This document shows, piece after piece, positions 19,190-29,360 of a stretch of DNA of 64,000 nt. Positions within the stretch are counted from its first letter, which is position 1, and each line of letters opens with the position of its first letter. The stretch is from Pelagimonas sp. GTDB taxonomy: Bacteria; Pseudomonadota; Alphaproteobacteria; Rhodobacterales; Rhodobacteraceae. The notes under the pieces were generated by a model. That model was not told the DNA's origin. It saw only the letters and a list, made by a program, of their open reading frames with translations, and did not search any database. The position numbers were made by a program, and so were the translations under genes. Location: contig NZ_JBOEGM010000013.1 of assembly GCF_050633425.1 (NCBI RefSeq), forward strand, positions 54,511-118,510. The letters run 5' to 3'.

Positions 19190-20070
19190 GACTCTGCCCC
19201 CTCGGTGGTCCAGTCACGGTGGCCAATGATGTTGTCCATCTTGACCATTTGCCAAAACCCGTTGCTCACCCGTTCAAACGTGATCTCTGAGTCGTAAGGC
19301 TGTACCACCAGATTGGCGTGGCTCAGAACATAGGTTCGACAAGTTCCGGTCATCCGGGTTTCTCCGACCATATGAACATCCAAAGGCCTGCGAATGATAT
19401 CGGTCACGTTATGCACGTCGAATGCGGACATGTAGTATTGAAATTCGTTGCGCAGCGCCTCTTCGGTCTCAAAGACAGTTTGTCCTGTCCTGCCTGTCAC
19501 GGTCAAAGGAAGCGCACAGGCGCGTGACCAAGCATCAAAATCATTGCACAGTGCAGCCTGAGATAACCAATTCAGAAGCACTTGAAAGCACGCCAGGTTG
19601 AATTCACTCTCACTGGAAGGGGCGTTTGGAAGAGGTTCGACCTTCCCCCCGACCTGTGGGAGAACATCCCATTTATCTCGTAAGACCGCCATATCGGTCT
19701 CGCTGATCCGCCATTCCCCATCGCGAAATTCCAACACCATGCGGGCCAGAAATGGCAGAATTGCAGGGGCTTCGCCGGAATAGGCCCGAACGGAATTGTA
19801 CCCCTCAATCTGGGTCTCGCTTTTGTACACAGCACTTTTGCACCGGCGTTCCAAACGCGTGACACCAGCCGCCTGAAGCGACTCCATATAATAGGTCACG
19901 CCTTGGCGCAGATCGTCGTCGGTTTCAAAGCTAATCTGCGAGTCCACCGTACGGAGGATGTGGGGCAAGTGCAGCCCCGCCATAAATCTTGTAACATCAC
20001 CATCCATGATTGCGCGTGACAGCGGATCAAGGTGGTTTTGATACAGTTTTATGGCGGAGGTGTGTTGCAT
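19186..20070 (-). CDS. Tandem-duplicated paralogous domain protein, copies 3 and 4 in one polypeptide
   Basis: Two internal repeats ('AIKLYQNHLDPLSRAIMDGDVTRFMAGLHLPHILRT..' and 'FQVLLNWLSQAALCNDFDAWSRACALPLTVTGRT..'). I chose the start 'MQHTSAIK', 8 nt after the thiolase stop. Confidence 0.5.
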   Translation of the reverse strand: MQHTSAIKLYQNHLDPLSRAIMDGDVTRFMAGLHLPHILRTVDSQISFETDDDLRQGVTYYMESLQAAGVTRLERRCKSAVYKSETQIEGYNSVRAYSGEAPAILPFLARMVLEFRDGEWRISETDMAVLRDKWDVLPQVGGKVEPLPNAPSSESEFNLACFQVLLNWLSQAALCNDFDAWSRACALPLTVTGRTGQTVFETEEALRNEFQYYMSAFDVHNVTDIIRRPLDVHMVGETRMTGTCRTYVLSHANLVVQPYDSEITFERVSNGFWQMVKMDNIIGHRDWTTEGAES

Positions 20071-20078
20071 GTGCTGCC

Positions 20079-21290
20079 TCAGACGCGTTCGATAATGGTG
20101 GCTGCGCCCATACCTGACGCGATACACAACGTGGCGAGACCGACGCCTTTACCGCTGCGCTCCAACTCATCGAGCAAAGTCCCAATAATGATCGCTCCGG
20201 TCGCCCCCAATGGGTGACCCATTGCAATAGATCCCCCGTTGACGTTGACCTTGCTGTCATCGACATCAAAGGCTTGCATGAAACGCAGCACCACAGACGC
20301 AAAGGCTTCGTTGACTTCAAACAGGTCGATATCGTTGATCGTCATCCCGTGGTCAGCCAAGATTTTTTCCGTCACGGGAACCGGGCCGGTCAGCATGATC
20401 GTCGGGTCGGTGCCGATTTTGGCAGTTGCACGGATACGGGCGCGCGGTTTCAGGCCGTGCTTTTCACCAAATTCCTTGTTCCCGATCAAAACCGCAGCGG
20501 ACCCATCAACGATACCAGAGCTGTTGCCCGCATGGTGAATATGGTTGATGCGCTCAAGATGCGGGTATTTCATCAAGGCGATTTTGTCGAAGCCAGGCAT
20601 GACTTCGCCCATATCTTTGAACGACGCTTTGAGCTTGGCCAGATCGTCCACACCAGTGCCCGGACGCATGTATTCGTCGCGATCCAGAATGGTCAGACCG
20701 TTTTGATCTTTGATAGTGATGACCGACTTGGCGAAACGATTGTCTTCCCAAGCGGCCGCGGCCCGCTTTTGCGATTCAACGGCCAGTGCATCCGCGTCTT
20801 CGCGGCTAAACCCGTATTCTGTCGCGATAATATCTGCTGAAATCCCCTGAGGAACAAAATAGCTGTCCATGGCCAGGCTGGGGTCAACGGCAATGGCAGC
20901 CCCGTCCGAGCCCATGGCAACGCGGCCCATCATTTCGACACCACCAGCGATATAGGCATCGCCTGCGCCCCCTTTGACTTGGTTGGCCGCCAAATTCACA
21001 GCTTCCATGCCTGAGGCACAAAACCGGTTGATCGCCAAACCGGGAATAGATTGATCAAGATCAGAGGCCAAAACCGCCGACCGCGCCAGACATCCCCCCT
21101 GTTCCATAACCTGCGTAACGTTGCCCCAGATCACATCTTCAACGGCATGGCCTTCAAGATTATTGCGCTCTTTTATTGCGTTGAGCATTTGCGCCGACAA
21201 GCGCAGGCTGGTCACCTCATGAAGGCTGCCATCCTTGCGGCCTTTACCACGCGGCGTGCGGGCGGCATCATAAATATATGCTTCGGTCAT
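20079..21290 (-). CDS. Acetyl-CoA C-acyltransferase (thiolase)
   Basis: Thiolase signatures: 'NRFCASGMEA', 'GHPLGATGA' and 'CIASGMGAA'. Confidence 0.85.
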   Translation of the reverse strand: MTEAYIYDAARTPRGKGRKDGSLHEVTSLRLSAQMLNAIKERNNLEGHAVEDVIWGNVTQVMEQGGCLARSAVLASDLDQSIPGLAINRFCASGMEAVNLAANQVKGGAGDAYIAGGVEMMGRVAMGSDGAAIAVDPSLAMDSYFVPQGISADIIATEYGFSREDADALAVESQKRAAAAWEDNRFAKSVITIKDQNGLTILDRDEYMRPGTGVDDLAKLKASFKDMGEVMPGFDKIALMKYPHLERINHIHHAGNSSGIVDGSAAVLIGNKEFGEKHGLKPRARIRATAKIGTDPTIMLTGPVPVTEKILADHGMTINDIDLFEVNEAFASVVLRFMQAFDVDDSKVNVNGGSIAMGHPLGATGAIIIGTLLDELERSGKGVGLATLCIASGMGAATIIERV

Positions 21291-21305
21291 TCTTGTCTTC
21301 CTTGG

Positions 21306-21944
21306 TCAAGCACGGTCCGCGGGGGAGCCGGGCATCAAATCATAGGGATGTTTCCAACCGTCCAGCGCCTCGATATTTGAGAGCCAGCGGTCAATTTCGG
21401 GCCAGTCCGAGCGGTCAAAACCGAAGGGTTCTGGGTAAAACAAGTAGCCACAACAGCTCAGGTCGGCGTTTGTGACAGCATCGGCAACGATCCAGTCGCG
21501 CCCGCGCAAATGATCATTGAGCACCTTGTAAGCGGCACTCAACCGGCCCTGCATAAAGTCGATGACTGGGGCAGGGCGCTTATCCTCGGGAAGGAAATTC
21601 ATCAAAAAACGGGTCATTCCGGCCTGAGAAGACAATTTGTGATTGTCCCAAAACACCCAGCGCATCACTTCACGTGCGTCTTCGGGGGTGTGGCCCCCAA
21701 ACTTGCCGCTTTTCTCGGTGATATACATTTGGATCACCCCGGATTGGGCCAACCGGGTGTCCCCATCAACAAGCACCGGGGCCTCTCCCATCTCATTGAC
21801 GTCTTTGCGGTAGTCTGCTGATCGGGTTTCGCCGTTGAAAAAGTCGACTTTCACCGCTTCCCAGTTCAAACCCGAAAGTTGTAACGCAAGCGCGGCTTTG
21901 TAAGCGTTTCCGCTTTCACCAAAGCAATAAAGTTTCATGGTCAT
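21306..21944 (-). CDS. Glutathione S-transferase
   Basis: The GST N-terminus reads 'MKLYCFGESGNAYKAALAL'. A C-terminal helical domain follows. Confidence 0.75.
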   Translation of the reverse strand: MTMKLYCFGESGNAYKAALALQLSGLNWEAVKVDFFNGETRSADYRKDVNEMGEAPVLVDGDTRLAQSGVIQMYITEKSGKFGGHTPEDAREVMRWVFWDNHKLSSQAGMTRFLMNFLPEDKRPAPVIDFMQGRLSAAYKVLNDHLRGRDWIVADAVTNADLSCCGYLFYPEPFGFDRSDWPEIDRWLSNIEALDGWKHPYDLMPGSPADRA

Positions 21945-22305
21945 GGCGCGTGTCCTCCGATGGCGCTTGTGTCTCGGGTCGGTGCAGGGGGCGCGCAGTC
22001 CCGCATCCTTTCTGAGTTTATTTGGCAAGGTAAAGCGTGGCCAAATTGAGAGTTTCTTAAGCTTGTTGTTGCTAAATCATAGCTGTGTTGCAGGCTGGAG
22101 AGCTGAGCAACATGCGAGGTGAAGCTCTGTCGCCGCGCTTGGGCCTCGCTTGACGATTGGGCCGGGTGCATGAATGGACCGATTGCTGCCCAGCTGCCGG
22201 GCTCGATATGCGGTCTAGGTTCATCTTGCCAGATAAACTCAACGGGGGTCTGGGGGTGAGAAACCCCCAGTCCAATCCTTGCCCCAAAGTCTATTGCTTC
22301 AAACC

Positions 22306-23439
22306 TCAAAGTGCCCTCGCAATCAATTCCTTCATGATCTCGTTTGTGCCGCCATAGATGCGTTGCACACGGGCATCGGCCCACATTTCTCCAATTGCGT
22401 ATTCTTGCATGTAACCATATCCGCCGTGCAATTGCAGGCACTCATCCAACACCTCACCTTGAGCATCCGTGAGCCAGTACTTGGCCATGGCGGCCTTATC
22501 CACTGTGAGTTCGCCGGCAATAAGCTCGCCCATGCATTCATCAAGGAAGGCTCGGCACACCTTGGTCTTCGTCACACATTCAGCAAGTTTGAACCGGGTG
22601 TTCTGAAACTGGGTCAGAGGGCCACCAAAGGCCTCGCGTTCTTTGCAGTAGGCGATGGTTCTTTCCACCGCGCCCTCCATCGCCCCCATCGACATGCAGG
22701 CAATCACCATACGTTCCTGCGGCAGTTGTTGCATCAATTGGTAAAAGCCTTGGTTCTCTTCTCCACCAAGCAGGTTTTCGGGCGCGATTTCAACGTTATC
22801 GAAGAAGAGCTCGGAGGTGTCGGCGGCGTGGCACCCGATTTTTTCCAGATTGCGCCCCCGTTGGAAACCTTCTGCCCCCTCGGTCTCAACGACCATCAAG
22901 GACACGCCTTTTGACCCTTTTGTCGGGTCTGTTTTTGCCGCTACGATGATCAAATTTGCGTGTTGGCCATTGGTAATAAAGGTTTTTTGACCGGACAGCT
23001 TGTATGCGTTGCCATCCTTGACCGCCTTGGTCTTGATCGCTTGAACATCCGAGCCCGTCGAGGGTTCTGTCATGGCCAATGCGCCGACCATTTCGCCGGA
23101 AACCAGTTTGGGCAGCCAGCGCTGTTTTTGATCTTCTGTGCCATATGCCAAGACATAATGCGCAACGATACCTGAATGGATGCCGACGCCCCAACTGGCC
23201 AAATTGGCCCGGTTGCTTTCCATCAGAATCACGGCTTCATGGCCAAAATCACCACCAGCACCGCCGTATTCCTCGGGAATAGATGGGCCAAGAAGACCCA
23301 GGTCTCCGGCCTGCCGCCAGATTTCCTTGTCCATCTCACCTTGCTTGCGCCACTTGTCATAGAGCGGAGCCCATTCGGTTTCGATGAACCTTTGGGTCAT
23401 CTCTGCCAGCATTTTGTGCTCGTCTGTCATCCAGCTCAT
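22306..23439 (-). CDS. Acyl-CoA dehydrogenase (~377 aa)
   Basis: ACAD N-terminal, middle and C-terminal motifs ('[16 protein letters not shown]', 'YGGTNEI'). Confidence 0.85.
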   Translation of the reverse strand: MSWMTDEHKMLAEMTQRFIETEWAPLYDKWRKQGEMDKEIWRQAGDLGLLGPSIPEEYGGAGGDFGHEAVILMESNRANLASWGVGIHSGIVAHYVLAYGTEDQKQRWLPKLVSGEMVGALAMTEPSTGSDVQAIKTKAVKDGNAYKLSGQKTFITNGQHANLIIVAAKTDPTKGSKGVSLMVVETEGAEGFQRGRNLEKIGCHAADTSELFFDNVEIAPENLLGGEENQGFYQLMQQLPQERMVIACMSMGAMEGAVERTIAYCKEREAFGGPLTQFQNTRFKLAECVTKTKVCRAFLDECMGELIAGELTVDKAAMAKYWLTDAQGEVLDECLQLHGGYGYMQEYAIGEMWADARVQRIYGGTNEIMKELIARAL

Positions 23440-23454
23440 AGATGGATCTCTTTC

Positions 23455-23667
23455 TTACTTCTTACGAGCTTCAAGCTCGGAATTGAATTGGCGCAGTTTG
23501 ATCATCAAAACCTCAGAGTCCGTCACGCTGTCGAAATGCTCGAACAAAAACGACAAGGCTTCGCCTTCGTCCAACCCCGCATCTTGAGCGAACTTTTTGA
23601 GGCCACGGTATCCGTCTTCTGTCATGGCAACAGGAAATCGGCGGGTCAGGCGAAACCGTTTTGGCAT
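23455..23667 (-). CDS. Small ribbon-helix-helix-like (CopG/Arc-type) protein
   Basis: A 70-aa protein whose 'RRFPVAMTEDGYRGLKKFAQDAGL' fits the beta-strand/helix pattern of RHH DNA-binding proteins. Confidence 0.4.
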   Translation of the reverse strand: MPKRFRLTRRFPVAMTEDGYRGLKKFAQDAGLDEGEALSFLFEHFDSVTDSEVLMIKLRQFNSELEARKK

Positions 23668-23882
23668 GTCAGATCCTTTTCAACCGCGGTCTGCGGGCGT
23701 GGTCATCCAATACCGGTACTAAAAAGGAGGGGAGCATAAAGTGCGACATGTAAAACAGCACCGTCCGAAACGCGTAGGGCCGAAACGCGTCGGGTGAGCT
23801 TTGTTTGAGCACTATTCGCATTCCGGTTCCTCCCAAACCCGGTGACATGCGTGGCGAGGCAAAGGCCTCGCCATCACAGATA

Positions 23883-25658
23883 TCAGAACTGATCAGCAGC
23901 CAGCGCCATCACAGTGTCACCACCGGATTCGATGCGGCGTAGATGCGTTCCGGTCATCGGCAATTGACGTGCCATATAATAGCGTGCGGTTGCCAGTTTC
24001 GTCTCATAGAACGCTGCGTCGTCAGTGCCTTCGGCAAGTTTTTGCGTCGCAGCTTTGGCCATGCGCCCCCACATCAACCCCAAGCACACCAGACCGAACA
24101 TGTGCATGAAGTCATAGGATCCAGCGAGCGCGTTATTGGGGTTCTTCATACCGTTTTGCATGAAGTACATGCCCGCAGCCTGCAGATCTTTGGATGCGTC
24201 TTTGAGCGGGCCAACAATATCGGCCAGAGTGTCGTCCTCGCCGTTCTCTTTGCAAAAGGATTTGACCAGATCAAAGAAGGCCATGACATGTTTGCCGCCA
24301 TCTGTGGCCAGTTTACGGCCGACAAGATCAAGCGCTTGAACTCCGTTGGCACCCTCGTAGATCATCGTGATCCGGGCGTCGCGGGCGAATTGGGACATTC
24401 CCCATTCTTCGATAAAGCCGTGACCGCCATAAACTTGCTGTGCGGCAACCGCATAATCGAAGCCCTTGTCCGACAGGTATCCTTTGATGACAGGTGTGAG
24501 CAGCGATACGAGACCGTTGATGTCTTTGTCATTGTTGCGATGCGACTGGTCGAGCATCTGTGCGCCCCAGTAAATAAACGCGCGACCACCTTCGATGAAG
24601 GACTTTTGATCCATCAGGTTGCGGCGAATATCAGGATGTACGATCAGCGGATCGGCTGGGCCATCTGGGTTTTTGATGCCGGTGACATCACGGCCTTGCA
24701 GGCGGTCATTGGCGTATGCAACGGCGTTCTGATAGGCAACTTCGGCTTGGGCAAAGCCTTGCAGGCCAACACCCAAGCGGGCTTCGTTCATCATTGTGAA
24801 CATGGCGCGCATGCCCTTGTGAAGATCTCCGAGCAAGAAGCCAGTTGCGTCATCATAATCGAGAACGCAGGTCGAATTGCCGTTGATCCCCATTTTCTTT
24901 TCGATCTTGCCAACAGAAACGCTGTTACGATCGCCTAGTGATCCATCGTCTTTGACGATGAATTTGGGCACGATGAACAGTGACACGCCTTTGATGCCCT
25001 CAGGGCCGCCGGGAATTTTCGCCAGCACAAGGTGGATCACGTTCTCAGAAAGGTCATGATCCCCCGCTGAAATAAAGATTTTCTGACCGCTGATTTTGTA
25101 CGTGCCATCGTCCTGTGGCACGGCTTTGGTGCGCATCAGTCCCAGATCAGTGCCACAATGTGGCTCGGTCAGGTTCATGGTGCCGGTCCAGTCGCAATTG
25201 ACCATTTTCGGCAGGTAGGTGGCTTTCTGCGCATCTGTACCGTGGGCGTGTATGGCTGAATATGCGCCGTGCGTGAGACCAGCATACATATTGAACGCGA
25301 TATTTGCGGCTGAAAACTGCTCTCCGACAGCGGTCGCAATGAGGTATGGCAGACCTTGGCCACCATATTCTGGATCACAATCAAGCGCGGTCCAACCGCC
25401 AGCGCGCACTTCGTCAAACGCGGCCTTAAACCCGTCGGGGGTCCGAACGATGCCATTCTCAAGCTTACAACCCTGTTGGTCACCCACTACGTTAAGGGGG
25501 GCCATCACCTGTTCTGCAATTTTTGCGGATTCTTCCAAAATTGCGCCAGTGGTGTCGCGGTCCAGATCTTCATAGCCGGGAATTCCGGCGTTTGAAACGT
25601 TCAACACTTCGTGCAGAACAAATTGCTGGTCCTTGGTCGGGGCCGTATATGAAGGCAT
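23883..25658 (-). CDS. Long-type acyl-CoA dehydrogenase (~590 aa, FadE/DmdC-like)
   Basis: An ACAD core ('[14 protein letters not shown]', '[14 protein letters not shown]') plus a long C-terminal extension. Start 'MPSYTAPTK'. Confidence 0.8.
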   Translation of the reverse strand: MPSYTAPTKDQQFVLHEVLNVSNAGIPGYEDLDRDTTGAILEESAKIAEQVMAPLNVVGDQQGCKLENGIVRTPDGFKAAFDEVRAGGWTALDCDPEYGGQGLPYLIATAVGEQFSAANIAFNMYAGLTHGAYSAIHAHGTDAQKATYLPKMVNCDWTGTMNLTEPHCGTDLGLMRTKAVPQDDGTYKISGQKIFISAGDHDLSENVIHLVLAKIPGGPEGIKGVSLFIVPKFIVKDDGSLGDRNSVSVGKIEKKMGINGNSTCVLDYDDATGFLLGDLHKGMRAMFTMMNEARLGVGLQGFAQAEVAYQNAVAYANDRLQGRDVTGIKNPDGPADPLIVHPDIRRNLMDQKSFIEGGRAFIYWGAQMLDQSHRNNDKDINGLVSLLTPVIKGYLSDKGFDYAVAAQQVYGGHGFIEEWGMSQFARDARITMIYEGANGVQALDLVGRKLATDGGKHVMAFFDLVKSFCKENGEDDTLADIVGPLKDASKDLQAAGMYFMQNGMKNPNNALAGSYDFMHMFGLVCLGLMWGRMAKAATQKLAEGTDDAAFYETKLATARYYMARQLPMTGTHLRRIESGGDTVMALAADQF

Positions 25659-25687
25659 CTCTCTCTCCCTAGAGTGACCGGCCGGTC

Positions 25688-26092
25688 TTACCCAGCCGCG
25701 CTTTTCTTGTGTTGGACTGTGGCGAGCATCTTTTCGCCCCAAACCATTTGTTCTTTCAGCTCCTCGATGGCGACGTTCAGCTCATCACGTTGATGAACCA
25801 TATCCGCCAAACGTTGCCGGGCGATCTCATAAGTCTGCGCCAGCTGCGACTGCTGCTGGTCTCCAACATCGTACAGATCAAGCAACTGGCGGATTTCTTC
25901 GAGACTGAAGCCAAAGCGCTTGCCTCTCAAAATCAGTTTCAGTCGTGCACGGTCACGTTTGGTAAAGAGGCGCTTTTGGCCTTCGCGAATTGGGAACAGC
26001 AATTCTTTCTGTTCGTAAAAGCGCAAAGTGCGTGGGGTTACCTCAAACGCGTCGCACATCTCCCTAATCGTCATTACTCTGTCTTCGCTCAT
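25688..26092 (-). CDS. MerR-family transcriptional regulator (LiuR-like)
   Basis: An N-terminal HTH ('[26 protein letters not shown]') followed by a coiled-coil C-terminus. Confidence 0.75.
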   Translation of the reverse strand: MSEDRVMTIREMCDAFEVTPRTLRFYEQKELLFPIREGQKRLFTKRDRARLKLILRGKRFGFSLEEIRQLLDLYDVGDQQQSQLAQTYEIARQRLADMVHQRDELNVAIEELKEQMVWGEKMLATVQHKKSAAG

Positions 26093-26159
26093 CAGATCAT
26101 CCTCGGTGGCTAACGATTGCCATGAGGTGCTAAATCTGTCCCTTTCATACAATGGGAAA

Positions 26160-26320
26160 AACCGTTGACGTAACTCATACGCCGCGTCACTTTGAAGTTG
26201 ACGTAAGATCAGGCAACGTCAAGGCCTATAAATTGTAACAATCTTCTAATCAGTTGTGGTTAACGTATGAATTGCAAATCTCAACAAAGGGTTAACGCAC
26301 TATCCTAACGTGTAGTGCGC
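26160..26320. promoter_or_regulatory. Cluster of TTGACGTAA / TTAACGT half-sites and a TTGACGT-N10-ACGTCAA inverted repeat upstream of the merR-ACAD operon
   Basis: 'TTGACGTAA' occurs at 26165 and 26198, 'CAACGTCAA' at 26213, and 'TTAACGTAT', 'TTAACGCAC' and 'CTAACGTGT' at 26259-26314. Confidence 0.35.
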
Positions 26321-26356
26321 CCTGTCCTAAAGAGGTGCTTGAAGGAAAGCTGAGAA

Positions 26357-26749
26357 TCAAATTCCCAGATCGGAGGCCACATCATCCCGCAGCGATTTTA
26401 GCTCATTCATGGCTTCATCCAGCTGTTTGCGCTGCTCATCCAGCTCACGCATTTGCCCATCGGCCATGTCAATCCAAGCCCGCATCTGCGCTTCGTTGCC
26501 TTCTTTTTCATAGATAAGAAGCCACTGGCGGATGTCTTCGAGCTGGAACCCGAATTTTCGGCCCCGCAGAATCAGCGTCATCCGCGCGACTTCCTTGGCC
26601 CCATAGAAACGCGATCTGCCTTGCCGCTCGGGCGATAAAAGCTCGATGTATTCGTAGTATCGCAAGGTGCGCGGCGTTACGTCGAACCGCTCACACATGT
26701 CTTTGAAGCTAAGACGGGCATCTTCCATAGCAAACTCCCTTGCCCGCAA
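26357..26749 (-). CDS. MerR-family transcriptional regulator (second LiuR-like paralog)
   Basis: An HTH ('FKDMCERFDVTPRTLRYYEYIELL') with the same architecture as the upstream MerR. Confidence 0.75.
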   Translation of the reverse strand: MRAREFAMEDARLSFKDMCERFDVTPRTLRYYEYIELLSPERQGRSRFYGAKEVARMTLILRGRKFGFQLEDIRQWLLIYEKEGNEAQMRAWIDMADGQMRELDEQRKQLDEAMNELKSLRDDVASDLGI

Positions 26750-26783
26750 CCTAAGGCTCTAAAATCGCTCTGACAACCTTTGG

Positions 26784-26806
26784 TGACGCAACGCTCCATT
26801 GCGTCA
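26784..26806. promoter_or_regulatory. Perfect inverted repeat TGACGCAA-N7-TTGCGTCA in divergent merR/paaI promoter region
   Basis: An 8-bp arm palindrome. Its half-site is related to the TGACGTAA sites at 26160-26320. Confidence 0.35.
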
Positions 26807-26864
26807 GCCTATTCGCTTGCGGCTGGCGCGGTTGGTGCCCATAAATACTGCAAAGGAGTGCGCC

Positions 26865-27287
26865 ATGACCGTTGATAAGGCCACGATAACCAAGCAGTTC
26901 ATCGAAGTTATCCCGCATGCCAGGGCGCTCGGGATGAAGATCACGCGACTGGAAGATGGGTTGGCGGAAATCGCTATGCCCTATGATGAAGCCCTGATCG
27001 GTGACCCCGAAACCGGGGTGATTCACGGCGGTGCTGTATCGACATTGATGGACACTTGTTCCGGCGCGGCCGTAATGAGCCATCCCAATAGCCCCGGGGG
27101 CACGGCGACAATCAATCTGCGCATTGACTATATGCGTGCGGCCACCCCCGGACAGACAATCACCGCCCATGCCGAGTGTTATCACATCACCCGCAATGTC
27201 GCCTTTATTCGGGCCAAGGCCTTTGACGACGATTTTGAGAACCCGGTCGCAACGGCGACCGGAGCCTTTACCGTGGAGGCGAAATAA
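26865..27287 (+). CDS. PaaI-family (hotdog fold) acyl-CoA thioesterase
   Basis: 'GVIHGGAVSTLMDTCSGAAV' is the 4HBT/PaaI motif. Confidence 0.7.
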   Translation: MTVDKATITKQFIEVIPHARALGMKITRLEDGLAEIAMPYDEALIGDPETGVIHGGAVSTLMDTCSGAAVMSHPNSPGGTATINLRIDYMRAATPGQTITAHAECYHITRNVAFIRAKAFDDDFENPVATATGAFTVEAK

Positions 27288-27805
27288 TGGCGCGCAGACC
27301 CCCTGAACCGGTTCAAATCGTCAAACAGCGCCGCGATTCGGCCCTTGCCGCCTTGGTCGAAGGTGTTCCTTATATGCGCTACCTCGGGATTCAGTTTGAA
27401 CGCCATGGTGATGAGCTAACAGCCGTCCTTCCCTTCGACGAGAAACTGATCGGGAACCCGCTGTTACCTGCCTTGCATGGCGGTGTCACAGCGGCGTTTT
27501 TGGAAACGGCGGCCATTATCACACTGAGCTGGTCCTACCTGTGGGAAGACATCGAAAACGGCAATTTGGATCCTGATACATTGGCACGAGGGGATCTGCC
27601 GCGCCTGCCTAAAACCATTGATTTCACGGTCGACTATTTGCGTTCGGGTCTCCCTCGTGATGCCTATGCACGGGCGCGGGTCACTCGGTCGGGGCGTCGG
27701 TATGCATCCGTTCAAGCCGAAGCCTGGCAAGACAACAAAGATCGCCCAATCGCCCAAGCCACGGCACATTTCTTAATGCCAAGGCAGAAGGACCATAACA
27801 CCTAG
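27287..27805 (+). CDS. PaaI-family (hotdog fold) thioesterase, second paralog
   Basis: 'LHGGVTAAFLETAAIITL'. Its start overlaps the stop of the previous gene. Confidence 0.7.
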   Translation: MARRPPEPVQIVKQRRDSALAALVEGVPYMRYLGIQFERHGDELTAVLPFDEKLIGNPLLPALHGGVTAAFLETAAIITLSWSYLWEDIENGNLDPDTLARGDLPRLPKTIDFTVDYLRSGLPRDAYARARVTRSGRRYASVQAEAWQDNKDRPIAQATAHFLMPRQKDHNT

Positions 27806-27959
27806 ACGTTGCATGCGAATTCCACGGTTGGGAATTTTCCTTTCGAAAACTCTTGGGCCTGCTTCTTTTGGGCCTTTTTGACTTTTGGGCCTGCTTCATT
27901 CTGGAACCTGTCTTAAGGATGCAGCAAGAATTGTTCTCTTGCGCCCCACAAAACAATGA

Positions 27960-29294
27960 GTGCCCGGCATGTCATCTAGCGACACGATTACCCACGCGCG
28001 CATCCTGAAAATTGCGATCCCAATCATGTTGGCCAATGTTGCCGTGCCATTGATTGGGGTGGTGGACACAGCCGTGGTTGGGCAAATCCCGAGGGCGGAA
28101 CCGATCGCAGCGGTTGGCATCGGGGCCATCGTTTTATCAGCCATCTATTGGGTTTTTGGGTTTCTGCGCATGGGCACGGCGGGGCTCACGGCGCAGGCGG
28201 AAGGGGCAGGGGATCGCGGTGAAGTCGTCGCACTGTTGGTGCGTTCTTTGATGATCGGCGGTCTCGGTGGCTTGGCCATGATCCTGTTGTTACAGCCGAT
28301 CCTTGCGCTGGCTTTTGGGGTTTCCCCTGTTGAGCAAGAGGTCGAAGACCTGTCACGCCGCTATATGCAAATCCGCATTTGGTCGGCCCCTGCGGCTGTG
28401 GCCATGTACGGTATCCTTGGGTGGCTCATAGCCCGCGAGCGGGCGCGATCTGTGCTTGTGCTGCAGCTTTGCGTGACATTTATAAATGTCGGCTTGGATT
28501 TGCTCTTTGTCACCGGTCTTGGCTGGGGCGTCGAAGGGGTGGCGGTGTCCAGCTTTGTCGCCGAATGGAGCGGATTGGCCCTTGGCTTGTGGCTCTGTCG
28601 AAATGCCCTAAAGCATCCATCGGCCCGAGACTGGCCTCGGATCTTTGACACAAGCGCCATGCGCCGCATGGCTCTGGTCAACACCGACATTCTGCTGCGA
28701 TCTTTGCTGCTTGAGGCGGTATTTCTGTCCTTTACCTTCTATTACAGCGCTGGGCTTGGCACTGTTATGCTCGCCGCTAATCAGGTGTTGATGCAATTTA
28801 TCCAAGTCATGGCCTTCGCCTTGGATGGGTTCGCCTTTGCCGCCGAAGCCCTTGTCGGACAAGCATTCGGCGCAAAGGCGGCAGGCCGATTGCGCCGCGC
28901 AGCTGTGATGAGCTCGCTTTGGGCGTTTATCTGCAATTTCGGTTTTGCCTTGGGCTTTTGGTTCGGCGGCGGGCTAATCATCGACATGATCACCAAAGAC
29001 CCCGAGGTGCAATCAAACGCCCGGCTCTTCCTTGTCTGGATCGCGATGACACCGATCCTGGGCCTGCCCAGTTGGATGCTTGACGGCATTTTCATCGGAG
29101 CAACCCGTACACGCGATATGCGCAACATGATGGTGATCTCTGCGGCAGCCTATTTCATTGCTGTGTCTTTGATGTTGCCCGCGTGGGGCAATCACGGTCT
29201 TTGGGCGGCGTTGATGGTGTCATTTGTTGTGCGTGCGCTCACCTTGGGTGCGCGCTATCCAAGCCTTGAGCGGGCGACAGAGGCAGAGGCGTGA
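27960..29294 (+). CDS. MATE-family efflux transporter
   Basis: A 12-TM protein with a MATE N-terminus ('ILKIAIPIMLANVAVPLIGVVDTAVVGQ'). Confidence 0.8.
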   Translation: MPGMSSSDTITHARILKIAIPIMLANVAVPLIGVVDTAVVGQIPRAEPIAAVGIGAIVLSAIYWVFGFLRMGTAGLTAQAEGAGDRGEVVALLVRSLMIGGLGGLAMILLLQPILALAFGVSPVEQEVEDLSRRYMQIRIWSAPAAVAMYGILGWLIARERARSVLVLQLCVTFINVGLDLLFVTGLGWGVEGVAVSSFVAEWSGLALGLWLCRNALKHPSARDWPRIFDTSAMRRMALVNTDILLRSLLLEAVFLSFTFYYSAGLGTVMLAANQVLMQFIQVMAFALDGFAFAAEALVGQAFGAKAAGRLRRAAVMSSLWAFICNFGFALGFWFGGGLIIDMITKDPEVQSNARLFLVWIAMTPILGLPSWMLDGIFIGATRTRDMRNMMVISAAAYFIAVSLMLPAWGNHGLWAALMVSFVVRALTLGARYPSLERATEAEA

Positions 29295-29360
29295 TTTGGC
29301 TCTGGTCTTTGCCCTGCGATTTGCCCTATTTAAGCCCTCAGACCATGTGGGAGAGACGCG

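Noticed and set aside
20214-20840. 208-aa plus-strand ORF inside the thiolase gene
   Set aside because: An antisense shadow ORF in GC-rich coding DNA.
23943-24938. 331-aa plus-strand ORF inside the long acyl-CoA dehydrogenase gene
   Set aside because: It lies antisense to a strongly supported ACAD and shows no domain signature.
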